Part shown: in pieces, positions 23,004 to 35,331 of the stretch
Layout: each line of letters begins with the position of its first letter
Position numbering within the stretch: position 1 is the first letter of the stretch
DNA from: Neoechinorhynchus agilis
Taxonomy: Eukaryota; Animalia; Acanthocephala
Reading direction: 5' to 3'
Length of the DNA stretch: 64,000 nt
NCBI GenBank assembly: GCA_051530055.1
Contig: CM121343.1
Coordinates: 3,504,389-3,568,388, forward strand
Notes under the pieces: generated by a model
What the model was told of the DNA's origin: nothing
The model's database searches: none
Seen by the model: only the letters and a program-made list of their open reading frames with translations
Made by a program: the position numbers and the translations under genes

Positions 23004-24524
23004 CTATAAGATACCGTTCATGGTACTATCAAGTATATTAGTCGCATCGACAAGTACATTGGCAAGCTTATCCAATTGTTCAAAATCCATATCAACATTT
23101 ACGGATACCCGGATGGATGGTTCCTGGCAACCCACATCGTCACTAAGATACCGAGGTCGAGTGAGCAGTACATTTCGACCAAGTGCAAACTTGATGATTT
23201 TATCCAATCTATCCTTTGAATTGCAGTGGACCAGGGATAGATGTTTAACAGGTGAGAAAGATTCTCCCTTGAGATGATAATGATGGCTGGACTGCAACTT
23301 TTCATGTAAATATATTGATTTGAGTTTCAATGTTTGTTGCAGTTTTCCATTACCATTTTCGATTTGATTTAGAACTTCCAATGCAGCTGCAGTCAAGAGT
23401 GGCGGAAGTGAAGCGGAGAAACAATAACCCAATGATGATAATCTTTGGTGATCTAAATGCACGATCTCTCAATTCCGAAGGATTTAAAATTAAATACACA
23501 GATACAGTAAGAGAGTTCGTGTGTTTACAACGTAAGAGGAACCAGCTGAGAATCCACCGATGCTACCAAATGAAAGTTCCAATGAACCGGAGATTACGTC
23601 CACATCATCAATCGATAGTCCAAAGTGTTCAAGAATGCCAGTACCTCGTTCGCCGAGAACTCCGATTGAAACACTCTCGTCGATGATTATTCTTACCTTA
23701 TATCGATCTCTAAGGCGAACATACTGATCGAGGGGAGCAATAAGACCCGTGTTAAGGTAGAGGCCTTCAATAATTAAAAACCTTCGCATCGATTTAGCCT
23801 TCACTGGATTCCGTACGTCTTCCTCAAGTTGAGTATTTAAAAGACTTTCTAGATGACCAACATCATTATGTCTAAAATATTTGACCTCACTTTTAGAGGC
23901 TACAATACCTTTCTGGATTGCATAACTGACCATTTCGTCGGCGAAAATGAGATCACTTCGTTTGGAATAGGCTGGAATCACTGATGCGACCGTGCAAAAT
24001 CCATACGAATAAAGCACGGCTTCTTCGCAGCCTAGAAAGCTGGCCAGCTTTTCTTCAAACTCAACGTGGATATCAAAAGTTCCATAGAAACCGCGGGGTC
24101 CGCACGAACCCACCCCGTACTTCATAACAGCACGTTCAACTTTTTCGGCAACCTGATCGTTACCGACCATATTAAGAAAATTCAACGATGCAAAATTAAG
24201 ACAATCGTGCCCGTTAATTCGTGCAAATTTACCCGCACAACCATCAACCAGGGTATCTTCATCTTCTCCATCAATATTAGAAGTAGCAATCGGGACAAGT
24301 GGTTCCGGAGTCCACTCAAGCACCAAATTTTCCTTTTCATTTTCACTCAGAGCTTTGTTGGCTCTTGGTCTCGATGTTTTCCTGTTCAATAGTAACCACA
24401 GAACCCACAGTAGCAGTAAGACCTCCAATGCTATATGGTACCTGGGCGCTTCATAGACCGCAGAAAATAATTCCGTGAAATCAGTCGACAAACGATGAAC
24501 CATACTTAATTGGGATTCGGCCAT
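23004..24524 (-). CDS. SPTLC1: Serine palmitoyltransferase subunit 1 (LCB1), one intron at about 23453/23466-23528
   Basis: N-terminal TM helix, EWTPEPLV, CLNFASLNFL, YGVGSCGPRGFYGTFDIH, DHQRLSSLGYCFSASLPP. Confidence 0.97.
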
Positions 24525-24765
24525 CCTTACTGTATCGTCCGGTAAAACATAATCTTAACGAAACACCATTTCTATGAAGTCAAAAACGAAAGCAACTAGG
24601 ATTCTTCCAGATACAGATAATCCGCGTCGTCAGGCAACTTGGCTTTTGTAATGGGCACGTCGAAAGTGAACTATGCATTCTGAGACCGCTTAGTTTTTAA
24701 ATTTTTGTAAAGATGTTCAACATTTATTTTTTTTATAGCGTATCATAATAATTGATTTATTCGAT

Positions 24766-25341
24766 ACCCATCGCTGTCGATGTGGGTCTTTGGTTGATGC
24801 TTTCGGGCGACACGGTGCAGGAAGGTTCTCACGCCATTCTGAAATCAATAACGCAATTTCTCGGGCGTTGAGAACGGCGAACTTCCCGAACATCCTGGAA
24901 CCCGCCCACCTTTGTCGACTAGACGGCCGTAGGCCCGATGGAATTTCGGTCTTCCCGTTGCGGGAGGGCAAATGCCTTCTCTGGGACGCCACGTGTGTGG
25001 ATACCCTCGCAGCCAGCAACATCCCCTACTCCCTCGAAATCGCCGGTGGTGCCGCCAGTGCAGCGGAAGGGAGGAAAGTACGGAAATCTCTTCACTTATC
25101 GAGGGCTCACTATTTTGTCCCCTTTGGGGTAGAGACGTATGGAGCGCGCGGCAGCTCGGCACTCTCTCTGCTCCAGGATCTCTCGAAGAAATTGAGAGAG
25201 GCAACCGGAGACTCAAGAGCAGGCATATTCCTTCGACAAAATATCTCGCTAGCAGTACAACGGGGCAATGCTGCCAGCGTGATGGCGACGGTCGAGGAAG
25301 GACAAAAGCTGGAATTCGGCGGGAGGTGGCGAGTGTGTTAA
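24766..25341 (+). mobile_element. CRE-like non-LTR element, 5'-truncated copy encoding the REL (PD-(D/E)XK) endonuclease
   Basis: CRCG...HG, RH.EIN..I.RAL, LEP.HL.RLDGRRPDG, WDATCVDTLA, FVPFGVET, AVQRGNA; A-run at about 25411. Confidence 0.88.
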
Positions 25342-25418
25342 TTGTCGAGAAATGAAGATTGATTGAATACATTTACAAGATAACCAAGATCAATAAAGAA
25401 CTTCCTACTTAAAAAAAA

Positions 25419-25498
25419 TTTCCGCCTTCGCGTAGGCCTTCTTCAGTCTATTGTTTGTAAGTTTTTTTTATTGAAGAAGGCCTATGCGAAGGCCGAAA
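25419..25498. repeat. 27-bp inverted repeat (foldback) with 2 mismatches
   Basis: TTTCCGCCTTCGCGTAGGCCTTCTTCA / TGAAGAAGGCCTATGCGAAGGCCGAAA. Confidence 0.85.
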
Positions 25499-25996
25499 AT
25501 TATCGAGTAAATAAATCAATTATTTGATAATTCGCCATGAAAAAGTTTAAATTTTCAAGATAATTTTTACGTCAGCGATGGTGTTATCTGGCTCCAAGAA
25601 TTATATTTATTTTTACACGGCGGCTGTGCTATATTTTGTCGCATATTCTTTGTGGGTGAGATTTTAATAAAATGCTCAGGAGTCTCTCGAATGGGGATAT
25701 TAAAAGGCTTAGGTTTAAACGAGGCAATTTTTAGAAACCAAGATGTTGGCCTATTCTTCAAGAAGGTAGCACGCATCGTGCCTTTAATACTACAGAGATG
25801 TAGAATTTGTACTGGAACTTTAAGAAAATACTTTATTGTTCAAGTGTTGAGGTGAACGTCCCTCACACGGCTGATAATTTTCTTTGGTCACACAACCCAC
25901 CGATCTGAGTCAGGGAATTGCATAAAATCACTTAAAAACATTCATCACACGGTTATGAGTTTGTACATCCCTCCAGATTCTCGGATACCTCCAGGA

Positions 25997-26107
25997 GACG
26001 GAACTCATCAGTGAGTTTCCTCCCGTCGGCGGTGTTTCGTTATCTTTGGTTATGAGTCATCAGCGGTAAGGGATTTTGAACCTTTTGAAAGTCTACTATA
26101 CCACCTC
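25997..26107 (-). mobile_element. tRNA-headed SINE (family B), copy 2
   Basis: GAGGTGGTATAGTAG, GGTTCAAAATCCC, CTGATGA...GAAAC...CTGATGAG; homologous to 10790-10910. Confidence 0.65.
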
Positions 26108-26781
26108 GACACATCTGCGGAATGTTCAAACTCTGCAAGTTTTAGCTTGGGGCAAGTATTAAAATGTAATCGCCTGCCGGTCTCCACCTTTGATGGAGAA
26201 ATTAAAGAAGTTGAGTGATGAGATAGGAGGTGAGAGGTTCGCTCTTGTGGTGGAAGGAATCAATATTATACGTAAAGCAATGGATGGCAGCTATAAGACC
26301 GGTAAATTGGCGAATGATCAATTTCTGGCTTAGAGGCATTTCTATCCTCAGCCGCAGAGTTCAAACGAATCCTCGTCTTATTTCGCCCTCGACATTATCA
26401 CCATGGACGTCTCCTTCGAGAGCAAGATTCATTTCGAAAAAATCTTTTACACCATGAACATAATTCCTAGAATACTTGCACTTTGCTTATTTTTTTATCA
26501 ATTAAAGCAACGTTTGTTTGTTGACAGTTTTAAACCTCTACAACATGCTATATTCTTTTTGCAATCCTTAATTATTAATTCAGCCCACGAATGCTTCACT
26601 GGTTATATGGCAAAATTGAACATCCACTGTCGATATAATGCTACACATCCTGAAAAATATATTCCCACAACTATTTTCCTTCCATTACTTTCTCATCAGC
26701 CGTCAAACTTCATCCTAGTCAAGGATACACCCATTTGCTGGACGCAAATTCTGACTGCATAAGCTGCAATCATTCCTTGGT

Positions 26782-29504
26782 TGCCGTTAAAGTAACCAAT
26801 TAGTGTTCTCTTCAGTGCCACTCAAGAGAAGCCGATTTAGACTTAAATAATGAGCTTTGAGATCCAAGAAGTAAGTGGTTTCGTGTATTTGCTTTCATTA
26901 CTAGTAATGGATTTATTCATGGACGCAACAAAATGACTCAGAAATTTAAACATTTAACAGTTAGGACACCGCCATTTGATATCCGCATTTTGTATGACTT
27001 AAATTCATGAAGCAATAATGGTTTTTGCCGTCAAATTCGCATGGATACAACGGGTCGTCCGTACTACTGATTTCTTCATTAAAAATGGTGCATATCAGCT
27101 TTCGACGGCATTTCTCCGTAAATCTCACTACACTTTGCTGAATTTTAAAAGTAAATTCAATATAAAGGTAATAATTGCAGTAACGAAATGATTTACCGAT
27201 AGACTCTAGTTGTCTAATGACGGAAAATAAAAAGAATACTGTACTCGGTATACTGTACTTTTTGCAATTGCGACCATAATTCATTTTACTAACGACTCGT
27301 CAATTCTTTATAATGCACTGCAAAAAAAACGATCTATGAAATATGAAATGGATTTGAAGTGGTCGTTTGATGTAGAAATTGTTATTAATAATATGCCTTC
27401 GATTATTTCTTATCAAAATTATGACGAATATGGAAAGCACATCGCTACGAGACTTATGTGACATCGAGTGAATATTCTGAACTCATGAAATATATCCATA
27501 GATTGATGAAATCGGCATCTTTTCCAATTTTTCTTCGAATTAATGTTTATCGATCTGTAAAAAATAAGAATTTTAACCAATCTATAAAACTACACTGCAT
27601 TACTTTGCCACCAACGAAGCATTTATGTTGACGATAATCGTGATGTTAACGTTTTTTTCTTAGTTAAATTAAACATGGTGAACAAAAGCAACTTTAAATA
27701 TATTGTTCAAGAGGAAAAAAGGTGTCGATTCCTTGCAGAACCTTGACTATAGGACGATTTAAACTTGTTGATTTTAAATGCAAACATGAATTCGGGATTG
27801 ACCTGAAGACAATCAATTCGATAATTTTTTAAGTCGAATAACGAAGCGCCATCTAATCTCATTAATGATTAAGTATTTAGAACTGGAAAACGAATATAAA
27901 AGATGGATTGAATTATCCAACAGAGAATATGAACTCTTTTCCATTTCACATTAAATAATGGCGAGCAAAAGCACTGCAAATAATTAACGCTTTCCGTCAT
28001 ACAGCCGAAAAGGAATCGCACAAACTCTAATTGTGATTTTAAAATCTAAGCGGCACTTCTCATGTATCGCGTTAGTTAACCTTTTGTAACTTCTTTAAGC
28101 GGAGAGGAATATTTTAATTGCTTTTGGGAATTAATTTATTGCGAAACAATTATCCTTTCTCAGTATTTAAGATTTCCTGGCTACTTTTTCGCTTAACAAC
28201 TTAACGAACTTCATGAGATTACCGCGTACATCATTGCGCTTCCTTATTTAAACGAAATAGGTCCACAGTCATCAAGGCGAAGGCAAAATAGGAAAAGACG
28301 GTATTGCGATCGTCTTCCTCTGATTTTTTGTGTTTCCATTGCAGATACAGGTTTCTTCAAAACATTGGGTGGTCGTTTGCTAACCTTTGTTGTATTTTTA
28401 TTTCATCATAAAATTAGTGATATATAATTTCTGTATTACTTTCATTTATAGGTTAGCAATTAAAAAAATTTCATGTTGATTCTTCAATGTACTTCGTATC
28501 TGAGACTGCAAAGTCGTCCTATAAAGAATCCGACAAAATTAAAATTGCGGATTTCCCACGGAGCACTTTGCGGTCAATGTCGGTTGCTTTGATTTTTTTT
28601 GGAATCTGCGCAGAAACCATCTAGCAAATAAATTACGCTTCGCTGGAATGCAATTTGTGCAGCCAATAGAATTGCTGCAAAAGTTTCCTGCTGTTATGTT
28701 GGTTTGCAAGTCTACGGAAGCTCGCATTCAACGATTCTGCATCCCAGTTCATTGAACCTTACACTGCTCTCTTTTATACGAAATCGAGTATATTAAAGAC
28801 TACGATCGTTCTTTCACTTGTGATCAATAAATAATTTCGTACTGCAACTAATCGTGTACTTATGGACAACAGAAGTCGTTCTTGCTTTGGGCGAGTGAAC
28901 GGAAGTCTTAGAAAGTTTAACGGGTGTCGACAAACCTTAAAAAGATATCAAAGATACAATGGAGAAAATCGGAATATGGATAACTCGTGGTGGGGCGACA
29001 ATCAACTCTCAAGATATATAGCTAACGAAGAAAAAAGAAAAATTCGAGCAGTGCGCTTCAGTCTCCCGGATAAAGATTCTTTATTTTACAATGATGAAGA
29101 TATTTCGGAAAATGTGATGAAAAACCCAAAGGAGATAATATCCTTCGGGGAATACATGGACAAGAAATTCAGGGAAACAAGGTTAAATCCAAACAAAGAA
29201 ACTCCTAAATTTGTGGATATGATCAAAGAATACGAGTCATCGAGAAGCAATTTGGCTTTCCAAACGACGGAAGGGAAAACCGGACTTTTCAACGGCTTCT
29301 CGTGTCATATCCGTAAACTTAGTCCAAGAACAAACACTGAACGAAAACTGCTAAGAAGAAAAAGGTTCAAGCTTAACAATTGAAAGTGAGCTGTTTAAAA
29401 ACGATTGTAAATCTGCGAATTAAAAACTCGAACGCTTATGCTTTTATTGTATTGCTGACAAAGTGTTAATAAAAGTTTGCTGTAATTCTCTTTCGGAAAG
29501 GGTA
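26782..29504. repeat. Right arm of the 2.7-kb inverted duplication
   Basis: Reverse complement of 11214-13936. Confidence 0.97.
28862..29383 (+). CDS. Orphan 173-aa basic protein, copy 2
   Basis: Protein identical to copy 1; one synonymous change noticed (Gly GGA/GGG). Confidence 0.55.
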   Translation: MDNRSRSCFGRVNGSLRKFNGCRQTLKRYQRYNGENRNMDNSWWGDNQLSRYIANEEKRKIRAVRFSLPDKDSLFYNDEDISENVMKNPKEIISFGEYMDKKFRETRLNPNKETPKFVDMIKEYESSRSNLAFQTTEGKTGLFNGFSCHIRKLSPRTNTERKLLRRKRFKLNN

Positions 29505-29849
29505 ATAATTCAGAGCAATAATCTAAACACGAAATCTTTTATATCCAAAATAATTCATTCTTAGCAAGATTATTTGCGGCACTGTAACGAATCATTACTT
29601 CTGTTATTCTAAAGAAATTTTTCTAGATTAATGGGCATATTCTTGACTTAAAAAATTAATATGGAAAAATGCGACGTAAATTCGTAGTCGTAATTCTTCG
29701 CCTCTTCATGTTTGAACATCATCACCCGCGTGATAAAATGAGTCAAAATGTAGTTGGTTTTAACGGAGAGATGATGAATCAACCTCTTTCGCTCACTTCT
29801 ACTTATTAGAACGTTTCGTTTTTTGAAAGATTCGGTACTATTCTCCGCT

Positions 29850-30488
29850 ATGCCTTCCAATTACGTTGTCTACTACTTCGACTTTCCAGGACGTGCAGAA
29901 GTGATCCGACTTACACTTTCTGCGCTCGGACAGGAGTTCAAAGATGTTCGACTAAGCCATGATGAATGGGTCCAAAAATACAAAAGTCAAATGCCATTGA
30001 ACAAGGTTCCAATCCTCAAAGTAAACAACGATATCCTATTCGAGACAAGCGCCATTATTCGCTATCTAGGAGCAAAACATGGAATAAGCGGAAATACCGA
30101 TATCGATGCGGCTCGATGCGATGCTGTCGTATTCGTCGTGGACGAATATATCGGTAAATTCCTCGGTGCCGTCTTTTCTTCACAAGAAGGACGCAAAGAA
30201 AGAGCGCTGACATTCACGAAAAACGAACTTCCTAACCTGGACGCCTCGCTCCAAAAAATCGCTGGTCTGTATGGCAAGAACGGCCATATAATAACGGATA
30301 AGTTGACTTATGCGGATCTTTACATCTACAGTTTCTATTGTTTGGTATACATGTATACTCGAGAGAAATTTCAATTCAAATTTGCTGCCGAGAATAGAAA
30401 ATTAGTCGAAGCCTTGCCAGCGCTCAAAGAATATTTCAAGAAGCAACCTTCAATGGAGGAGGTGTGGAGGAAGCTCGATAGCATCTAA
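29850..30488 (+). CDS. Sigma-class glutathione S-transferase, intronless
   Basis: YYFDFPGRAEVIRL, MPLNKVPIL, ETSAIIRYLG, LTYADL. Confidence 0.93.
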   Translation: MPSNYVVYYFDFPGRAEVIRLTLSALGQEFKDVRLSHDEWVQKYKSQMPLNKVPILKVNNDILFETSAIIRYLGAKHGISGNTDIDAARCDAVVFVVDEYIGKFLGAVFSSQEGRKERALTFTKNELPNLDASLQKIAGLYGKNGHIITDKLTYADLYIYSFYCLVYMYTREKFQFKFAAENRKLVEALPALKEYFKKQPSMEEVWRKLDSI

Positions 30489-30763
30489 ATCAGAGGCAAT
30501 AAGACAATTGAACTTATTCTCTTTAGAAATAAAAAAACCTTAATTTTTGCTTAACAACCTTTTGCATTGAATCGCATTCTTGTCTTGTTGTAAAATGAAA
30601 ATATTTGAATTTCTTATACTTGCATATATAATGAAAATATATAAAATCCATCTAATGAGCAATATCGCTTGTACCCAACAAAATTATAATAAAGATATAG
30701 GTTTTCAATCTGTAAATAATTTTTTACTAGAAACGTTTAGAATCTCGTCTGCCAAACTGATGA

Positions 30764-30828
30764 TGTATCCGACGAGGTTCGAAACGTGTTGGTTGACGAC
30801 CTAAACAATAATTCTAATCATATATCCC
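30764..30828 (+). ncRNA. Degenerate minimal type I hammerhead-like motif of a dispersed foldback family
   Basis: AAACTGATGAT-GTATCC-GACGA-GGTTC-GAAAC followed by the family arm CTAAACAATAATTCTAAT; the triplet is GUG, so it is probably inactive. Confidence 0.5.
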
Positions 30829-31467
30829 AGTACCTCACATATCGACATTTAAATATACTTTGTTCTTGAAAATTTGAAAGTTCTAAATTTTATTATTGTG
30901 CAGATTTGCATGGATATATTTTCATTTGCAATCATTTTAAGCTTTTTTGATTTATAATATTACGAATTTTATAAGACTTTATTGGAGCGAATGTCTTATA
31001 CTTACAATTCGATGTATACGATTCAAAGAGCGAATTTTACCGACAAAACGAAATAAAATTTTAAACCAAGGAGGGCAGCAATCTTCGTGTGTTTATTTAA
31101 AATGTTTCTTGGCATTTCTCCTTCTCTGCTCTCGGTCACTTGCTATATTTCAAACTTCTTTTCAACCAAAAACTTAGATATTCTCAATTCAACTTCTCGT
31201 CGGCACATTTTGTTTATTGAACATGTGCATTCTAACTTTTAGAACATTAGAATCCATTTCAACTTCGAGATTTTTAGGCTAAATCCGCGCAAGTGGCTTG
31301 TCCATTTTCCTTTTGGGTTTGTCGGGTTGTGCAAGCTTTGGAACCGGCATCCATCTCGAGTTCTCGGGATTACCTTTCCATTTGCAATCCTCATCGACAA
31401 TGTAATTGATTAATAAAGATTTAACTTCTCGCTCAAATGCCACATCATTAAAGACTTTATTTTTTAT

Positions 31468-31596
31468 CTTTAAGTCGGGTTAGCCGGTTACATTTATTTT
31501 GTGTTGAAGTGTGGCCTTTACCAAGGTGGATAATTTTCCTTGGCACACAGCCCACGCCCAAGGAAAATTATTGGCCGTGAAAATTCCACACTTCAA
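31468..31596. mobile_element. Small foldback/MITE-like element, copy A
   Basis: TTGAAGTGTGG/CCACACTTCAA plus inner ATAATTTTCCTTGG/CCAAGGAAAATTAT; homologous to 49328-49418 in reverse. Confidence 0.7.
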
Positions 31597-31974
31597 TAAA
31601 GACTTTATATGCGTTCGTATTGTCCATTCGACAGCTTCGTATACTGAAATTCCGATCGCTACAATTATTTATTATTTACATAGCCGAGTGAAAACAGTGT
31701 TATATATTGAATCTTTTATAACATTCTCTACAAAATCGTGTCTAAGCCAAATTGGAATCGTGCCCTACACTGCCAATATGGCTATACCCAGAACTTGTGC
31801 CTCATCATTTACCTTCGATGTAGTGACCAAAGTTTGGGCCAATAGTTAGACTGTCTCATACTCGTAACTGTGATGATAAATCTGTCACTGTCCCTGGGAC
31901 TTTTGGTGGATCGACCTTTGAGTCATTGGGACGCCATGGTCTCGTCTGTCGGCAATAAGGCGAAACATACTCAC

Positions 31975-32330
31975 TACACGCCGAAATGAACGCAATTCTT
32001 AGTCGTGCCTTGAATACTGTGAATGCTCCCAACATCCTAGAACCGAGCAATTTTTGCCGACTCGATGGCCGTAGACCGGACGGGGTCACGGTATTCGCCT
32101 TCTTTGGGATGCCACACTCGTAGCCAGCAACATACAATTCGCCGCTGTTAAATCGGAGGGAACCAGCATCCGTCTCACAGGATCGCAAAGGCGAAATCAT
32201 TACTTGGTTCCTTTTGACATCGAGACACTCGGGTCGTTTGGTACCGCGGAGCAGAACCTGATCAATCGATTGTCGAAGAGACTCAGCAGGAGCATTCCTC
32301 CTACAAAACATAGTCAACCGGGGAACTCTG
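31975..32330 (+). mobile_element. Decayed CRE-like REL fragment
   Basis: NAILSRALNTVNAPNILEPSNFCRLDGRRPDGVT, then stops and deletions. Confidence 0.8.
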
Positions 32331-33993
32331 CATCCATCCTTTCGACCGTTACATCAAAACTGCCTTGAAGATTAAATATACACGAGAAAAATTGTATTCA
32401 TACTGCATCCAATTCTGATAAAGCGATTGGAGGCTCTTTGATTTGGACGCCTGAATTAAGAAGGGCATCTTACAGAAACTGCCCTCACTTGATCCCAATC
32501 TATTGGCACAGATTCGATAATGGAAGTCAATTTCTCGCAGATACAAAGTTCTAAATCATTGACGCTGATTGTTCTATACCCATTTGCGTTGTGTTGATTA
32601 TCATTTTGAGCAACGTGGATTCAACTTTTTCAGAAAAATAATCATCGTAGTCAGCGTGCAATTGAATTTTGCTAGAAAGGTTCATAAAAATCCAAAGTAG
32701 TCTTTAACGGAAAAGGTGAGAGATTTTTCTTTACGGTGGTATTTTAGCATTTTCTTGAGACATTTGGGTATAATAGAGTAAGTCAAGGCTATTAGTGGAC
32801 TGTAAACGGTCCTCGTTAAATATCACAACGATCAGCATTGAATTTAATGAGCTCGCTCTGATCAAATTTCAGTTGCCAAATATTACTCAAGCAACCACTA
32901 ATTCCTCTATTTCCATGTATTAATTCTACTTTTATTCCTTAAAGAATTTAAGCAATAATTTTGGGAAAGTAAACAGTGTTTGAATTATTAACATTTATGC
33001 GAACAAAAACCAACATTTTTCAATTTTGAATTTAATTCCATTACCTCATTCGATCATCACATTGCTCTCAAGAATGTACAATACTAAGCGTTGTTTTCAC
33101 AGAATACATTTTGAAGATCATAATTTCGTTTATTCGGTTACTGTAAAAGATTTCCCAATGCTTATCAACTTAATTGTGTAGAATATGCTAAAATGCTGAC
33201 ATTTTTGCATGGAACTTTCCGCTCGAGGAAACCGTAAGACGATGAAAGCTCAAAAATAAAGATTTTTCTTCATCATTACAGCAGCCCGTCAAAGTGTCCA
33301 TTTAAGAACAAAATTTCATGGTTTTTAAAATGGATATCGGCAACTTAGCCCTTGTTTTCGCGGTTCGAATCAGTCACAGGTGGATCGTTCTTATTTTAGC
33401 CCTTTATTGGTAGAAAATAACAGAGGAAAAAGGAATTGCTCTACAAAAAGTGTCTTCATTTTATGATTTATCTTACTCGAATAATTGGATATCTGAAGGA
33501 TGCTTTTATAGAACGTTGAAAGGGTACAACGTACACATTTTTTATTTTGAAATGCACTCAATAGAAAAAATATTTAATTGAAAACTAAATATGATACGAG
33601 ATATGTAGCCATTTTCGGGCTAAACATTAAACTAATTTGTAGTGTTTTTCCGTCGTCAAACCCAGGAGTTATTATGAATCGGAGCAAACTCATTTCAGGA
33701 AATCTCGATACCTTGTATTTTCTATGTAAGGATATTAGTTGCACATTATCCGGAAATGACTTTGAACCTATATATTTATCCTTAAAAACGCTTTTCTGCT
33801 TCCATCGCATCAGACAACAGGAGCAACCATAGTATTTGCCAATCCTCTACACTTATCGGCAACGACGATGAAGAGCATAAATACACAGTATCAGGTTTCC
33901 GCCTCACAGTCCCGGTGCACATCTTTCACACAACAGCCGAATAGGAATATTCGCTTGAGCATCAATCTTGCTGTGGTCTAAGGAAATCCACAA

Positions 33994-35331
33994 ATGCAAT
34001 TACGTTCCAACGAAACCTCTATTTCTTATGATTACTCGATTGCGTATCCTTGTTCAATAATTGGTTTCATCGGGATTTTCGTAAATTTGATTGAATGTTT
34101 CAATTCATCACACGGAATCCTAAATTCATGTATTCGATCTTCCCTATGTCGAACAAAAACCGACTATAGTCGATCAAACACGTTTCTTATTCACCAATTC
34201 TTTTTAAATATTTTCCAATCAATACTTAGCATTTTGCTATCACTAAACCTTTCAATGTTCGAATGCAATCTGATTGCTTCATCGTACGTAACGTTAACAA
34301 CGGCATCGATATGCAATACGGCTGCCGCTGCAGTTGGAGAAACGTTTTATTTTGAGGAGCAGGAGAACATGAGCAGTAGTGATGATCCAGAGGATTCGTC
34401 CATAAATGCAGATAATGAGAATTTGGATGGAAATCAATCACAAACCAATGGAAATCATAGAAATGTGTCGACGAAAATAGAATCATTTGCAGAGATGGCA
34501 GGTCTTAAGGGTCACGGATGTTCTTGCTTCGGCATTGTTGTCGTATGGCTAACTGCAATCGTTCTCCATTTGGGTATCACCTTAATAGGCACGGATGCGG
34601 TTATGTTTTTCCCGGACGGTCAGTGTAACCTCCACGAATGCTGATTGTCCATTGTGCTCAATCATCCTTCGTCACATAGACCGTTTCAAGTCCGGACCGG
34701 TCGGACGTATTTGCTATATACTTTGTGGATTGTGACAAACACTTTTGTTATTGCCTTAACTGCCATTTTTCTTATAAAACAACGAAATGAACAACAGAAA
34801 CTCGTCCGGAGAAAACCTGCACTGGTTTTATTCCTTGGAATTCAACCCTCAATTAGTGAATTTAACACAAATTATCAAAATTATGGCATTCAAATGAACG
34901 ACCAACATAATGATGAGCCACAAGTTTTGGCTGCCCCGCATAACAAACTCAGGCAGCTATGGAATCAGCCGGCAAAAAGGCAGGAGATTGACCAGCGAAT
35001 GAAAACTTATCTCCTTTTTATTTTTGCATTTGCATTAACCTACAGTCCTCTCTTCGTGGTATTGATTATTGATATCAACTTTAGGCTACCGCCACTGCTA
35101 CTCGGAGTATTATTCTGCATGGCCCAAATGTATCCAATCATCAATAGTTTGCTCCATGTGGCACTAATTAAGCATTTCATTTGGAGACCAAGATTCGATC
35201 CAGTCATTGATTACTATACACGGCTCGGTAGGAGATTTAGTGACAAACTTAGAAGTTGTAAAACCGTAATGGATCCGATGATGGCTAATGCGCAAACAAC
35301 AGTCTGCAATAGAGAATTCTCCGGGACATGA
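33994..35331 (+). CDS. Orphan rhodopsin-like 7TM receptor; probable 72-nt intron 34619-34690 removes the in-frame TGA
   Basis: Seven hydrophobic segments, Cys at the top of TM3, Trp in TM4, Pro in TM6; G|GTCAGT donor, CTGAT branch site, TTTCAAG acceptor. Confidence 0.75.

Noticed and set aside
24717-25372. Overlapping antisense ORFs over CRE fragments (also 7703-8140, 31856-32317, 18986-19234)
   Set aside because: Shadow ORFs of GC-richer retroelement coding sequence
34642-34647. Selenocysteine or read-through at the in-frame TGA of the GPCR
   Set aside because: A canonical in-frame 72-nt intron with a branch site removes it; no read-through context
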